IMG/VR virus record: IMGVR_UViG_3300023179_000037
Location: 47,976-111,975 of that record
DNA length: 64,000 nt
Origin: a virus
Strand: one strand, 5' to 3'
The position numbers and the translations under genes were made by a program. Under the pieces are notes generated by a model that worked only from the letters and a program-made list of their open reading frames with translations, searched no databases and had not been told where the DNA came from. Shown here piece by piece: positions 8,358 to 17,421 of the stretch. The first letter of the stretch is position 1. Every line of letters starts with the position of its first letter.

Positions 8358-10855
8358 AGATTCCTATAACTAATGAGGATCTAAGAACCTGGTTTAGACA
8401 AAAATGGGTTCGAATGGATACTAAAGGTAATATAAAGGGTGACTGCGCTAGAGAAGAAGGTGAAGGTAAACCAAAATGCTTGCCCTTGGCTAAAGCATCA
8501 TCAATGAGTAAAACTGATAGAGCAGCTGCAGTAAAAAGAAAAAGAAGAGAAGATCCTATAGCAGATAGATTCGGTAAAGGCGGTAAACCAATAAATGTTA
8601 GGACAGAGAAAATGGATTTAGAGGAAGAAAATAAACCAACGAAACCTGATCTATGGGCAAGAGCAAAGGCATTGGCAAAATCTAAATTCGATGTTTACCC
8701 TTCTGCTTATGCTAATGGTTGGGCGGCTAAATGGTATAAATCTAAAGGTGGGAGTTGGAAATCTGTCAGTGAGGGTATAGATGACGAAGGTGGAATGGCT
8801 AAAGGTGATTTGGAAACTATAGCATCTAAAGCTAAAGAATTGTCTAAAATGATGAAAAAAAATAAACAACTTGATGCTTGGGTACAATCTAAAATAACTA
8901 AAGCTGATGATTATATCGGTTCAGTGCATGATTTTTTAAAGAATGGAAAACAAGAAGTAGATGAACAAATGCAAAAGAAAACATTTTTTACACTTAGAGA
9001 ACAACTTGATTCTGTTTGTATAGATTGTGATGATTCTCTTTATGGATCGGTAGAAGAAGATTTTGAACCAACAGGTGAAGAACAATATGAGAATTGGGAT
9101 CTACAGGAATCTACATATTCGTACGATCCTTTCAAATCAATTACAAAATTTAATACAACGTCTAAAGGGCACACAGTTGTAGGTATAACCAAGGATGAGC
9201 AAGGACGAAAAGGTGCAAATATTTTAAAACATAAAAGTGGAGGATATTTTGCATCACCCGGATCATTAACTAGACCAGAGGGCGATATACATAAAACACC
9301 CGAAGAAGCTGCTAAAGCATTTCATACGAAGCGTAATGAAAAACTAGTTGAAGCTGAAACACCATTGTCCTATATGCTTAAAAATCCAGGCAAAAAAGTG
9401 CCCTTTCATTTAGATCCAAATAGACCATTTGACCCAGATATGCCTAAGAAAAATCCAGTGGCCAAAGCAGGCAAATATGGGCAAGGTTTCTCTACAGCAA
9501 AACACTTGGCTAAACAGGGCATGGCAAGTGTTAGTAAAAAGAAAATCAAAGAAACACATGATCAAGCATATCAATCATCTTATGGTGATAATAATGCTAT
9601 AGATATTTTACAAAACTGGAAAAATGAGGTTCCGGCGCAATATGCTGAGCATTTAATGAATACTTTTGGTGAACCCGATGATATAACTAGTGATCTGGTA
9701 ATATGGAAAAATACCGATGGATTTAAACGAATAGAAATTAAAGATGAATATGTAATGCATACTAGTCCAGAACCACATTATGATTATTGTTATTGTTTTA
9801 TTGATCTTAAAGTGCCTCATATGCTTGCTACATCATTAGCTGATTGTAGCGAAAGTATTTTAATAGATTTTTTAAAAAATGAGGTAGGTGCAAGATGTGC
9901 AAGCTTAGCGGCAAATGCTGTGACACTAAATTTTGTAATGGATGTAGTTGCCGGCAGAGCGAAACCAACTAAACAAGAATATGAATCTAGAATAATGAAA
10001 ATGCATGATGCATTTGATCAGGGAAAAACCTTTAAAATAGATTGGTGGCCAGACGAAAGTCATGATACTGATCCCAATAATCCTTACTACGCTGAGGATA
10101 CTGAGGGTGATTTGTATGAAGCAAAAAATCTTGCACAGCAAGCAGCAATTGCAATTGCTATGAAAAAAGCAGGTATACCCCCTAAGAATGTAGATGAAGC
10201 CAAATATCAAAAATTAACTCCTCGACAAAAATTTACTAATTCTTTAGCACGTGCAGGCTATGATGTAAATGCCAGTTCAAAACGAATACAAGACTTATTA
10301 GCTAAGCAAAAGAAAGAGCGTGAAGAAAGAGAAAAGCAAAGTGTGGCGGAAGGCGCTAAATGGCGTAAACACCCAGATGCATATGATGTAGATGATGAGG
10401 GTAATAAAACACCTCGTAATCCTAATAGTTCTAAGTTTGGTTACGATCCACTTCAACGCAGAGCAGATACAGCAAATGATGCTAAAACTTCCAAAGGTAA
10501 GGTATCAGCATTAAAAACCTCATTGAAAATGGCTAAAGGTCAGAAAGGTGTGGCGGAAGGCATTGAACTACAAGAAGCAGAAAAGAATGGTAGAACTGTT
10601 CAGCTAAATAAACCATTTAGAACATCTGATGGCAAAGGAAAATTTGCTGTTTATACAAAGAATGATAAAGGCAATGTGGTAAAGGTTAATTTTGGAGATA
10701 CTACAGGATTAACCATAAAGACTGGTAATCCAGAAAGACGTCGAAGTTTTAGAGCTAGACATAATTGTGATGATCCGGGGCCTCGTTATAAAGCGCGTTT
10801 CTGGGCATGCAAAAGTTGGTCCAAAGATACTGTTTCTGCAGGCTTAGGTACTTAA
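8354..10855 (+). CDS. Modular internal-head polyprotein-like protein (DUF5872/DUF6321-like modules)
   Basis: Modules KPKCLP, FDVYPSAYANGW, WVQSKITKA.DY, VNFGD...SFRARHNCD...FWAC separated by [LIV]xE motifs. Confidence 0.6.
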   Translation: MKIPITNEDLRTWFRQKWVRMDTKGNIKGDCAREEGEGKPKCLPLAKASSMSKTDRAAAVKRKRREDPIADRFGKGGKPINVRTEKMDLEEENKPTKPDLWARAKALAKSKFDVYPSAYANGWAAKWYKSKGGSWKSVSEGIDDEGGMAKGDLETIASKAKELSKMMKKNKQLDAWVQSKITKADDYIGSVHDFLKNGKQEVDEQMQKKTFFTLREQLDSVCIDCDDSLYGSVEEDFEPTGEEQYENWDLQESTYSYDPFKSITKFNTTSKGHTVVGITKDEQGRKGANILKHKSGGYFASPGSLTRPEGDIHKTPEEAAKAFHTKRNEKLVEAETPLSYMLKNPGKKVPFHLDPNRPFDPDMPKKNPVAKAGKYGQGFSTAKHLAKQGMASVSKKKIKETHDQAYQSSYGDNNAIDILQNWKNEVPAQYAEHLMNTFGEPDDITSDLVIWKNTDGFKRIEIKDEYVMHTSPEPHYDYCYCFIDLKVPHMLATSLADCSESILIDFLKNEVGARCASLAANAVTLNFVMDVVAGRAKPTKQEYESRIMKMHDAFDQGKTFKIDWWPDESHDTDPNNPYYAEDTEGDLYEAKNLAQQAAIAIAMKKAGIPPKNVDEAKYQKLTPRQKFTNSLARAGYDVNASSKRIQDLLAKQKKEREEREKQSVAEGAKWRKHPDAYDVDDEGNKTPRNPNSSKFGYDPLQRRADTANDAKTSKGKVSALKTSLKMAKGQKGVAEGIELQEAEKNGRTVQLNKPFRTSDGKGKFAVYTKNDKGNVVKVNFGDTTGLTIKTGNPERRRSFRARHNCDDPGPRYKARFWACKSWSKDTVSAGLGT
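10341..10561 (+). repeat. 14-bp direct repeat GTGTGGCGGAAGGC (10341-10354 and 10548-10561), encoding VAEG
   Basis: Identical GC-rich copies 207 bp apart, same frame. Confidence 0.9.
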
Positions 10856-10858
10856 TCA

Positions 10859-10866
10859 AATAAATA
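10859..10866 (+). promoter_or_regulatory. T4-type late promoter (AATAAATA)
   Basis: Intergenic, upstream of AAGGA RBS and ATG 10897. Confidence 0.6.
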
Positions 10867-10896
10867 TAATAATAAGAATTAATAAAAGGAACTACA

Positions 10897-12198
10897 ATGA
10901 TTAGAATCACTAATAATCTTTTTGAGGCGATTCAAAAAGTTACGCAAGGCAATAATAATCCTTCAAAACTAAATGAAGAGCATCTGGATGTTTCTGACGA
11001 TGTCATTTCTAAAATGGTAGATGAACTATCGGATGACGAATTTGTTGAAGCTTTGGAAGAAGCCAGTTATTCAGCTAAAGCTGCTCGTGCTGGTAAAGAC
11101 ATTGGTAAGCCGGGCAAAATGTTTGCGAAGATTGCTGCTTCTGCTGCCAAGCGTTATGGTTCGGAAGAGCGAGGCAAGAAAGTTGCTGGTGCTGTTCTAG
11201 CTAAACTTCGCAAAATGGAAGAAGCTGAAGAGTTGGATGAATTAGATAAATCTACTTTAGGTTCTTATGTTAAAAAAGCTGCCAGGGATGTGCAACAAAA
11301 TACTTATAGATCGGGATTATCTGCTGCTAGAGGTGTTACTAATGAACCAAGTATTAGTAAGACTCAAAAAAGACAAACGGGTATTGCTAAAGCAGTGAAT
11401 AGACTTACTAGTGAAGATATTGAGCAGACCAATGAAGCACAGACCAGTGCTGCAGCCAGATATGCTAAAGCTAAAATGAGTTCGCAAGCTAAAACAACTA
11501 TGAAGCATGTTGCTAATCCTACTGCTGGAGAAATGCAAGCTGCAAAGGATATCAAACCTGGTATTGCTGGGTATCGTGACCGTGCAGCAATGCTTAAGTC
11601 TGCAGAAAAAGACGGGCGCCTAAAAGAAGGTATGGATTCAGTAGGCAAAGAGGATTCGGATATCAACAATGACGGTAAGACAGATAAGTCAGATTCTTAT
11701 TTACTCAATCGCCGTAAAGCAATTAAGACTGCAATGAAGGAACAAATAGAAGTAAAGTATTATGTTGAAGAAACGGCAACTGTTGAAGTTCCCGCAGATC
11801 CAACTTATGCTGATTATCTTGATGCAGTACAAACTATTGTAGGTTCAGATGATCATGAATTACAACAAGATATAATAGCTATTGCTGAAGAAGCATTTGA
11901 CAAACAAGAGTTTAATATTATTCTTGAAGCGGCAATCACAAAACAGCAAAAGAAAGATTTAAAACAAAAAATGAATTATTATTTTGGTGATTTTAAACCA
12001 ACAATGAAACCAGAAACTATTAAAAGAACTGTTGGCGCCAGACATGACATTGAAACAAAAGGCGGAGTAACAAAAGCAACTGCTAGGCTCGCTCATACCA
12101 CCGGAGAAAGTCCAGAAGAAGCAAAAGCAAGAAGAGCTGTCGATAAAAGAGAAAAGCAACTTGCAAAGATGGCTAAAGTTCTAAAATCAAGAAAATAG
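10897..12198 (+). CDS. Second modular internal-head protein
   Basis: Modules AGKDIGKPGK, LDELDKSTLGSYVKKA, DxDxNxDGKxD (EF-hand/dockerin-like) separated by xxE motifs. Confidence 0.55.
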   Translation: MIRITNNLFEAIQKVTQGNNNPSKLNEEHLDVSDDVISKMVDELSDDEFVEALEEASYSAKAARAGKDIGKPGKMFAKIAASAAKRYGSEERGKKVAGAVLAKLRKMEEAEELDELDKSTLGSYVKKAARDVQQNTYRSGLSAARGVTNEPSISKTQKRQTGIAKAVNRLTSEDIEQTNEAQTSAAARYAKAKMSSQAKTTMKHVANPTAGEMQAAKDIKPGIAGYRDRAAMLKSAEKDGRLKEGMDSVGKEDSDINNDGKTDKSDSYLLNRRKAIKTAMKEQIEVKYYVEETATVEVPADPTYADYLDAVQTIVGSDDHELQQDIIAIAEEAFDKQEFNIILEAAITKQQKKDLKQKMNYYFGDFKPTMKPETIKRTVGARHDIETKGGVTKATARLAHTTGESPEEAKARRAVDKREKQLAKMAKVLKSRK

Positions 12199-12219
12199 CC
12201 AATACAAAAGGGGAAAAAA

Positions 12220-12753
12220 ATGTCTCAATGGGGAAAATTAGATAGAATAAACCTATCTGGTGTAACAGCAATAGCAAATTTAAACAGTACAACTGTAACA
12301 ACTACTACTAGTTCTTTTGTAACTGCCAATGTTAAAGTCGGTGATGCATTAGTTATTGAGAACGTGGCTTATAGAGTAAATCAAATTAATAATGCAAATA
12401 CAATTGTTTTAGATGTAGCGTATACGAGTGCTAATTCTGCTATCTTAACTTTAGGAGTACAACAGTCACCAAAAGAATTAACCACATATGGTTGGGGTAA
12501 TGCTGCGATTGGTTTGTGGAATTCTAAACGTAACGTGTACGGCGTAGATAGTGTTGAAGTTGGTGTTAATGCAAATAAGGCAAATGGTATTAGTCACACC
12601 GGTTGGGTAAGATATGAACGATATACTTCATCTAACGGTAGTACTAGAAATAAATCAGAAGTATTAGTGGCAATGTCTAAGAATTTTAATAGAAATAATG
12701 CCGGTACACTACAAACTGATGCAAACGACGATACGATAATCAAAGACGCATAA
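12220..12753 (+). CDS. Virion structural protein
   Basis: MSQWG...HTGWV...RNKSEVLVAM pattern common in T4-like structural proteins; Thr/Asn-rich. Confidence 0.55.
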   Translation: MSQWGKLDRINLSGVTAIANLNSTTVTTTTSSFVTANVKVGDALVIENVAYRVNQINNANTIVLDVAYTSANSAILTLGVQQSPKELTTYGWGNAAIGLWNSKRNVYGVDSVEVGVNANKANGISHTGWVRYERYTSSNGSTRNKSEVLVAMSKNFNRNNAGTLQTDANDDTIIKDA

Positions 12754-12761
12754 GTTTTTAA

Positions 12762-15700
12762 ATGGCTGATCTTAAAGTCTCTGAACTAGAATCAGCTAAT
12801 GTAGTACAGAGAGGTGATTTACTTTATATTGTTCAGGATGGAACCAGTAAAAATGTAAATGCTGGTATTCTATTTGCATCCTTATCTGATCCTAGATTAG
12901 CTGGTAATGTACAACTAGGTGGAAACGTACAAGTACTTTCCACTTCTGGTGTAATTAGTTTAACTGTTCCCAGAACAGAATTAATTGGTGGTAATGTTGC
13001 TAATACCACCGCTATTACTGATGGTACAGCATTACCGGCAACAATCTTTATGTATACTCCCAATGTGTCTGGTACAGGATTGGGATTTACATTCACTGAA
13101 GGCGTAAGTTTTACTAAGAATATAGTTGTTAGTTACGCTAACAATAAAATAAAGTTAAACGGTTACTTCCCAAATGAATGGGCAGGATCGGGTGTAAATA
13201 AACCATTCCCAAGCGGATTGACCTTTGTTAAAGGCGCAAATTATGTCTTTAATGTTAGTGATCCTACCAATATTGGAAATACTTTATCGTTTTCCACATC
13301 CATAGATGGTACCAATACTCTAGGTACTGAATACACTGCCAACGTTGTTAGAAACGGAACTGCAGGTTCTGCTGGTGCTAATATAACATTTATTCCTGCT
13401 AATGTAAGAATAGATGATGGTGGCCTAAAATATATTGATATCGCAAAAGGAACAGATGGCCAATTAAAGATTATTACTTTAACTAGCACCAGTGGAGGTA
13501 GCTATAGTTTAAGTAGTAATATTTTAAATAATCTTAATATAAAATTTACTAAATCTGGCGAAACAGCTTTCTTAATGTATTCAGGCAATGCTTGGATATT
13601 AGTTGGAGCAACGCCTGGATTTCAAACCACATTCTCTGGTACTTCCGATGATGTGCCTGAGGGATCGAAATTATATTTTACTAATGCGAGAGCAAGAGCA
13701 GCAATTTCTGCATTTGATAATAGTATTATATACGATTCTGTTTCTGGTACTATAAAAGCAAATGCTGCGTTCTTAGGCAACATTAGTATTTCTTCTATAG
13801 CAACTACAGATGAAATTCCCGAAGGACCAATTGCTTTAGCAAATTTAAATTATGGTAGATCATATTTTACAAATGCTAGAGCTATTGCTGCAGTTACAGA
13901 CGTTATACGATCTCAAACTGCTAATCTTAATGCTGTAGCAAATATAACCTTTGCCAATGTAGCCAATGTTATTTACGTTACTTGTACTGGTAATGATGCT
14001 AATGATGGAAGGTCTATACAAAAACCTTTGGCTAATATTCATACCGCATTAGCTAGATCAAAGGCATGGGATACTATTAAAGTAAGTAGTGGGCAATATG
14101 TGTTGTATAATCAACCTGTTACTATTCCCACAAGAGTTTCTTTAGTTGGTGATAGTTTAAGAACTACTTCAGTATATCCATATCAAGCTAATGTTGATAT
14201 GTTTTATGTTAATAATGGATGTTATGTAACCGGATTCACATTTAGAAATCATGTTTCACCTGCTGCAGTATTTTCATACAATCCTAATGGATCTGCTGGA
14301 TTTATTGTAACTAGTCCATATATTCAAAATTGTTCATCAATTACAACTACTGGTTGTGGTATGAGAGTTAATGGAAATTATGTTTCCGGTTTACGATCCA
14401 TGGTAGTAGATTCCTATACCCAAACCAATGAGGGTGGTATTGGAATTCATATGTTAAATAGAGGATATACGCAACTGGTATCTGTTTTTACTATTTGCTG
14501 TAATATTGCTATTTTATGTGAAAATGGCGGATTTTGTTCTATTACCAATTCCAATTCATCCTTTGGTACTTATGGTTTGGTAGCTAGGGGAGTAAGTTTT
14601 CCTTTGTACTTTGGAACATTATTGTATCAAGATGGCAATAATTTGACTCTGGGTAATTTAAATCAAAAACCAAATTATGGAGATGCAGTTTTAATTGCTG
14701 ATTTTGATCAAAGTAAGTGCTCAAGAGATACGGGATTGATAGTAGATGCATTATTATTTGATTTAGCATACAACGGTAATACTGAAGCTACTTTTGCTGG
14801 GTTGCAGTATTTTGCTCAGTCAAGTTCTGCAATACCTGGGCAAGCCACTGAAACAATCAATGCCTTAAATTATGCGAAAAGATTGGCAACCAATGTTATT
14901 CTTAATATTGCAGTAACTCCTACATATCAATTAGCAAATTCGCAAGTTATTGTTGCGGGCCCAGTGGGGGGCCAAGATGGTGTTTATAAAATAAATAATG
15001 AATTTTATCTAATTACTGATATCATTCAAAATGGGACGGTTGGAGTAACTGATAGAATAATTCCAAATAAGTATCCTGCTAATAGTGCTCCAAATATTAA
15101 TCTATCAGCTAATATTCTTTATGCAAATAAAAATTTTATTCAGTCAGAAGTAGTAGCTTATGTTGCTAATGTATATCCCGCTTTCTCTTTTAATACAGCT
15201 AAATGTTTTAGAGATGTTGGCTATATTATAGATAGTATTGTATTTGATTTAAGACACGATGGAAATAAACAAGCCATTACATCCGGGGTATACTATTATA
15301 ACTTTAATGCGAATGTTTCACAAATTAATAATCAAGTAGTGCAAACGAGATACGCATACAATTATATTGGTAGTTTAGTAACAAATTTAATACAAAATAA
15401 ATCTGTAGCCAACTACAATGAGGCAAAGTGCAGGCGTGATACCGGATTGATAGTTGATTCATTGGTTATTGATTTGGCATATCAAAGTAATACTCAAGCA
15501 GTATTTGCCGGTTTACAATATTGGGCCCAAAGTTCTTCTGCTATTCCAGGTCAAGCTACAGAAACAATAGCAGCAATTGGATATGCCAAAAATTTAGCTA
15601 CTAATGTTTTAGCTAATGTAACTATTACTAATCTTAGACAAACCAATGTAGCTCAAGTTAGGGGATTGGGTGGTACAGCTATTGAAAAAGCGAATGTAGC

Positions 15701-17066
15701 AACGAATTTTGATCTAGTTGCCAATATTATTGGTGGTGGAACAGTAGGTGTAACTGATAGAATTATATCTAATAGATATCCAAAAACAGCAAATGCAACC
15801 ATTAATAATGCAGCTAATTTATTGTATTTAAATAATACTTTTATATCATCAGAAGTAGTAGCTTTTGTAAATCAAACTTATCCTTCTTTTACGTACAATG
15901 CTAATACTTGTGCAAGAGATGTTGGTTTTATTGTAGATAGTATTGTATTTGATTTAAGACATGGTGGAAATAGACAATCCATTATGTCTGGTGTCTATTA
16001 TTATAACTTTAGCGCTAGTAATACTCAAATAAATGATCAAATTGTTCAAACAGGTGAAGCTTATAGATTTATTGGATCCATAATTGATGAAATAGTAACT
16101 GCAAATACGATTACAAGAACATTTCAAACTGCAGTAACTCAAAACACTACAGCAGCACCTGCGGCAACAACTTCACAATCTGCATATGTGGCAACTGATA
16201 TTGATTTGATTGCGAATATAATAACAAATGGTCCAAATGTCGCTCCCCCGAGACGTCCAATCACTTACAAAGAAAATATAAACATAAATGATAATAGAGC
16301 TGCTTTATTAATAGATGCAAATAGACAATTTATTATAGAAGAAACTATAGGTTACGTTAATTCTGCATTTTTTAGTCCTCCTTATCAAGATGCAGTGAAA
16401 CAAAATACGAATTCCGCCCCAGCTTCAACTACAGCAATTGCCAATGTAATATTGAATAATATAAATCTTATTACTAATATCATTTCAAATGGGCCAAGTG
16501 TAGCACCTGAAAAAAAACCAATAAGTTTAACGGCAAATACGGAACCGAATGTTATAAATGCAGCAAAAATACTTTATAACAATAGAGACTTTATCAAGGC
16601 AGAAGTTTTAGAGTACACCAATCAAAATTGGGCAAATCTTGGAAATAATAATTATGTATTCTATACTGTAAATGCATCAACTCCACTATTAAGTAATGTA
16701 GTTCATGGAAATACATCTGTTATTTCTTTACTTGAAACAATAAATGATACCTTTAGAATTGGAACTCGATTATCCTTTCATCAGCCAAGTTACATTTCCG
16801 GCTCAGGGCATACGTTTGAATACGTGGGTGCAGGTGATTCTTTATCTAATTCTTTACCATTTTTGGGGGGCGTACCTATTCAAGAAAATGAAGTAATCTC
16901 AGAAAGGGGCGGCTCAGTTTATTATACTAGTACAGATCATAAAGGGGATTTTAGAATCGGAGATAATCTATTGATTAACAGAACAGATGGTACTATTTCG
17001 GGAAGAACTTTTGTTAAAGCTTTGTTTGCAACTATGACCCCATATATATTAGCATTAGAAGGGTAA
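12762..17066 (+). CDS. Large virion structural/fibre protein with beta-helix-like region and KCxRDxG repeats
   Basis: GNDANDG, SLVGDSLR, SPYIQNCS region; four KCxRDxGxIxD repeats; C-terminal GHTFEYVG...TSTDHKGDF. Confidence 0.7.
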   Translation: MADLKVSELESANVVQRGDLLYIVQDGTSKNVNAGILFASLSDPRLAGNVQLGGNVQVLSTSGVISLTVPRTELIGGNVANTTAITDGTALPATIFMYTPNVSGTGLGFTFTEGVSFTKNIVVSYANNKIKLNGYFPNEWAGSGVNKPFPSGLTFVKGANYVFNVSDPTNIGNTLSFSTSIDGTNTLGTEYTANVVRNGTAGSAGANITFIPANVRIDDGGLKYIDIAKGTDGQLKIITLTSTSGGSYSLSSNILNNLNIKFTKSGETAFLMYSGNAWILVGATPGFQTTFSGTSDDVPEGSKLYFTNARARAAISAFDNSIIYDSVSGTIKANAAFLGNISISSIATTDEIPEGPIALANLNYGRSYFTNARAIAAVTDVIRSQTANLNAVANITFANVANVIYVTCTGNDANDGRSIQKPLANIHTALARSKAWDTIKVSSGQYVLYNQPVTIPTRVSLVGDSLRTTSVYPYQANVDMFYVNNGCYVTGFTFRNHVSPAAVFSYNPNGSAGFIVTSPYIQNCSSITTTGCGMRVNGNYVSGLRSMVVDSYTQTNEGGIGIHMLNRGYTQLVSVFTICCNIAILCENGGFCSITNSNSSFGTYGLVARGVSFPLYFGTLLYQDGNNLTLGNLNQKPNYGDAVLIADFDQSKCSRDTGLIVDALLFDLAYNGNTEATFAGLQYFAQSSSAIPGQATETINALNYAKRLATNVILNIAVTPTYQLANSQVIVAGPVGGQDGVYKINNEFYLITDIIQNGTVGVTDRIIPNKYPANSAPNINLSANILYANKNFIQSEVVAYVANVYPAFSFNTAKCFRDVGYIIDSIVFDLRHDGNKQAITSGVYYYNFNANVSQINNQVVQTRYAYNYIGSLVTNLIQNKSVANYNEAKCRRDTGLIVDSLVIDLAYQSNTQAVFAGLQYWAQSSSAIPGQATETIAAIGYAKNLATNVLANVTITNLRQTNVAQVRGLGGTAIEKANVATNFDLVANIIGGGTVGVTDRIISNRYPKTANATINNAANLLYLNNTFISSEVVAFVNQTYPSFTYNANTCARDVGFIVDSIVFDLRHGGNRQSIMSGVYYYNFSASNTQINDQIVQTGEAYRFIGSIIDEIVTANTITRTFQTAVTQNTTAAPAATTSQSAYVATDIDLIANIITNGPNVAPPRRPITYKENININDNRAALLIDANRQFIIEETIGYVNSAFFSPPYQDAVKQNTNSAPASTTAIANVILNNINLITNIISNGPSVAPEKKPISLTANTEPNVINAAKILYNNRDFIKAEVLEYTNQNWANLGNNNYVFYTVNASTPLLSNVVHGNTSVISLLETINDTFRIGTRLSFHQPSYISGSGHTFEYVGAGDSLSNSLPFLGGVPIQENEVISERGGSVYYTSTDHKGDFRIGDNLLINRTDGTISGRTFVKALFATMTPYILALEG

Positions 17067-17067
17067 A

Positions 17068-17421
17068 ATGGCAACAGCACTTAATATATTCAGAACAATA
17101 ACATCAAATATATTTACTTCGGGAAATGTAATCTATACTGCTCCTTCCAACAGAACAACTATTATTTTAACATGCTTAATTTCTAATTTGTCTCAAAATA
17201 CAGCTAATGTAAGTTTATATCACAGGGCTAATTCTGCGGTTGGGTTTTCAAATACTTTAATTGTTGATAAGTTTGATATTCCAACAAAAGATGCCGCCAC
17301 ACTTGTTGGTGGAGGTGTTGGCAAACTAGTTCTTGAAACTGGTCAAAGTTTATATGCAAAATCAGGATCTGATAATACTTTACAGATAGTATTGAGCGTT
17401 TTAGAAACAGCAAATGACTAA
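17068..17421 (+). CDS. Small structural protein
   Basis: IYTAP...GKLVLETG...SVLE, typical companion of T4-like fibre genes. Confidence 0.6.
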   Translation: MATALNIFRTITSNIFTSGNVIYTAPSNRTTIILTCLISNLSQNTANVSLYHRANSAVGFSNTLIVDKFDIPTKDAATLVGGGVGKLVLETGQSLYAKSGSDNTLQIVLSVLETAND

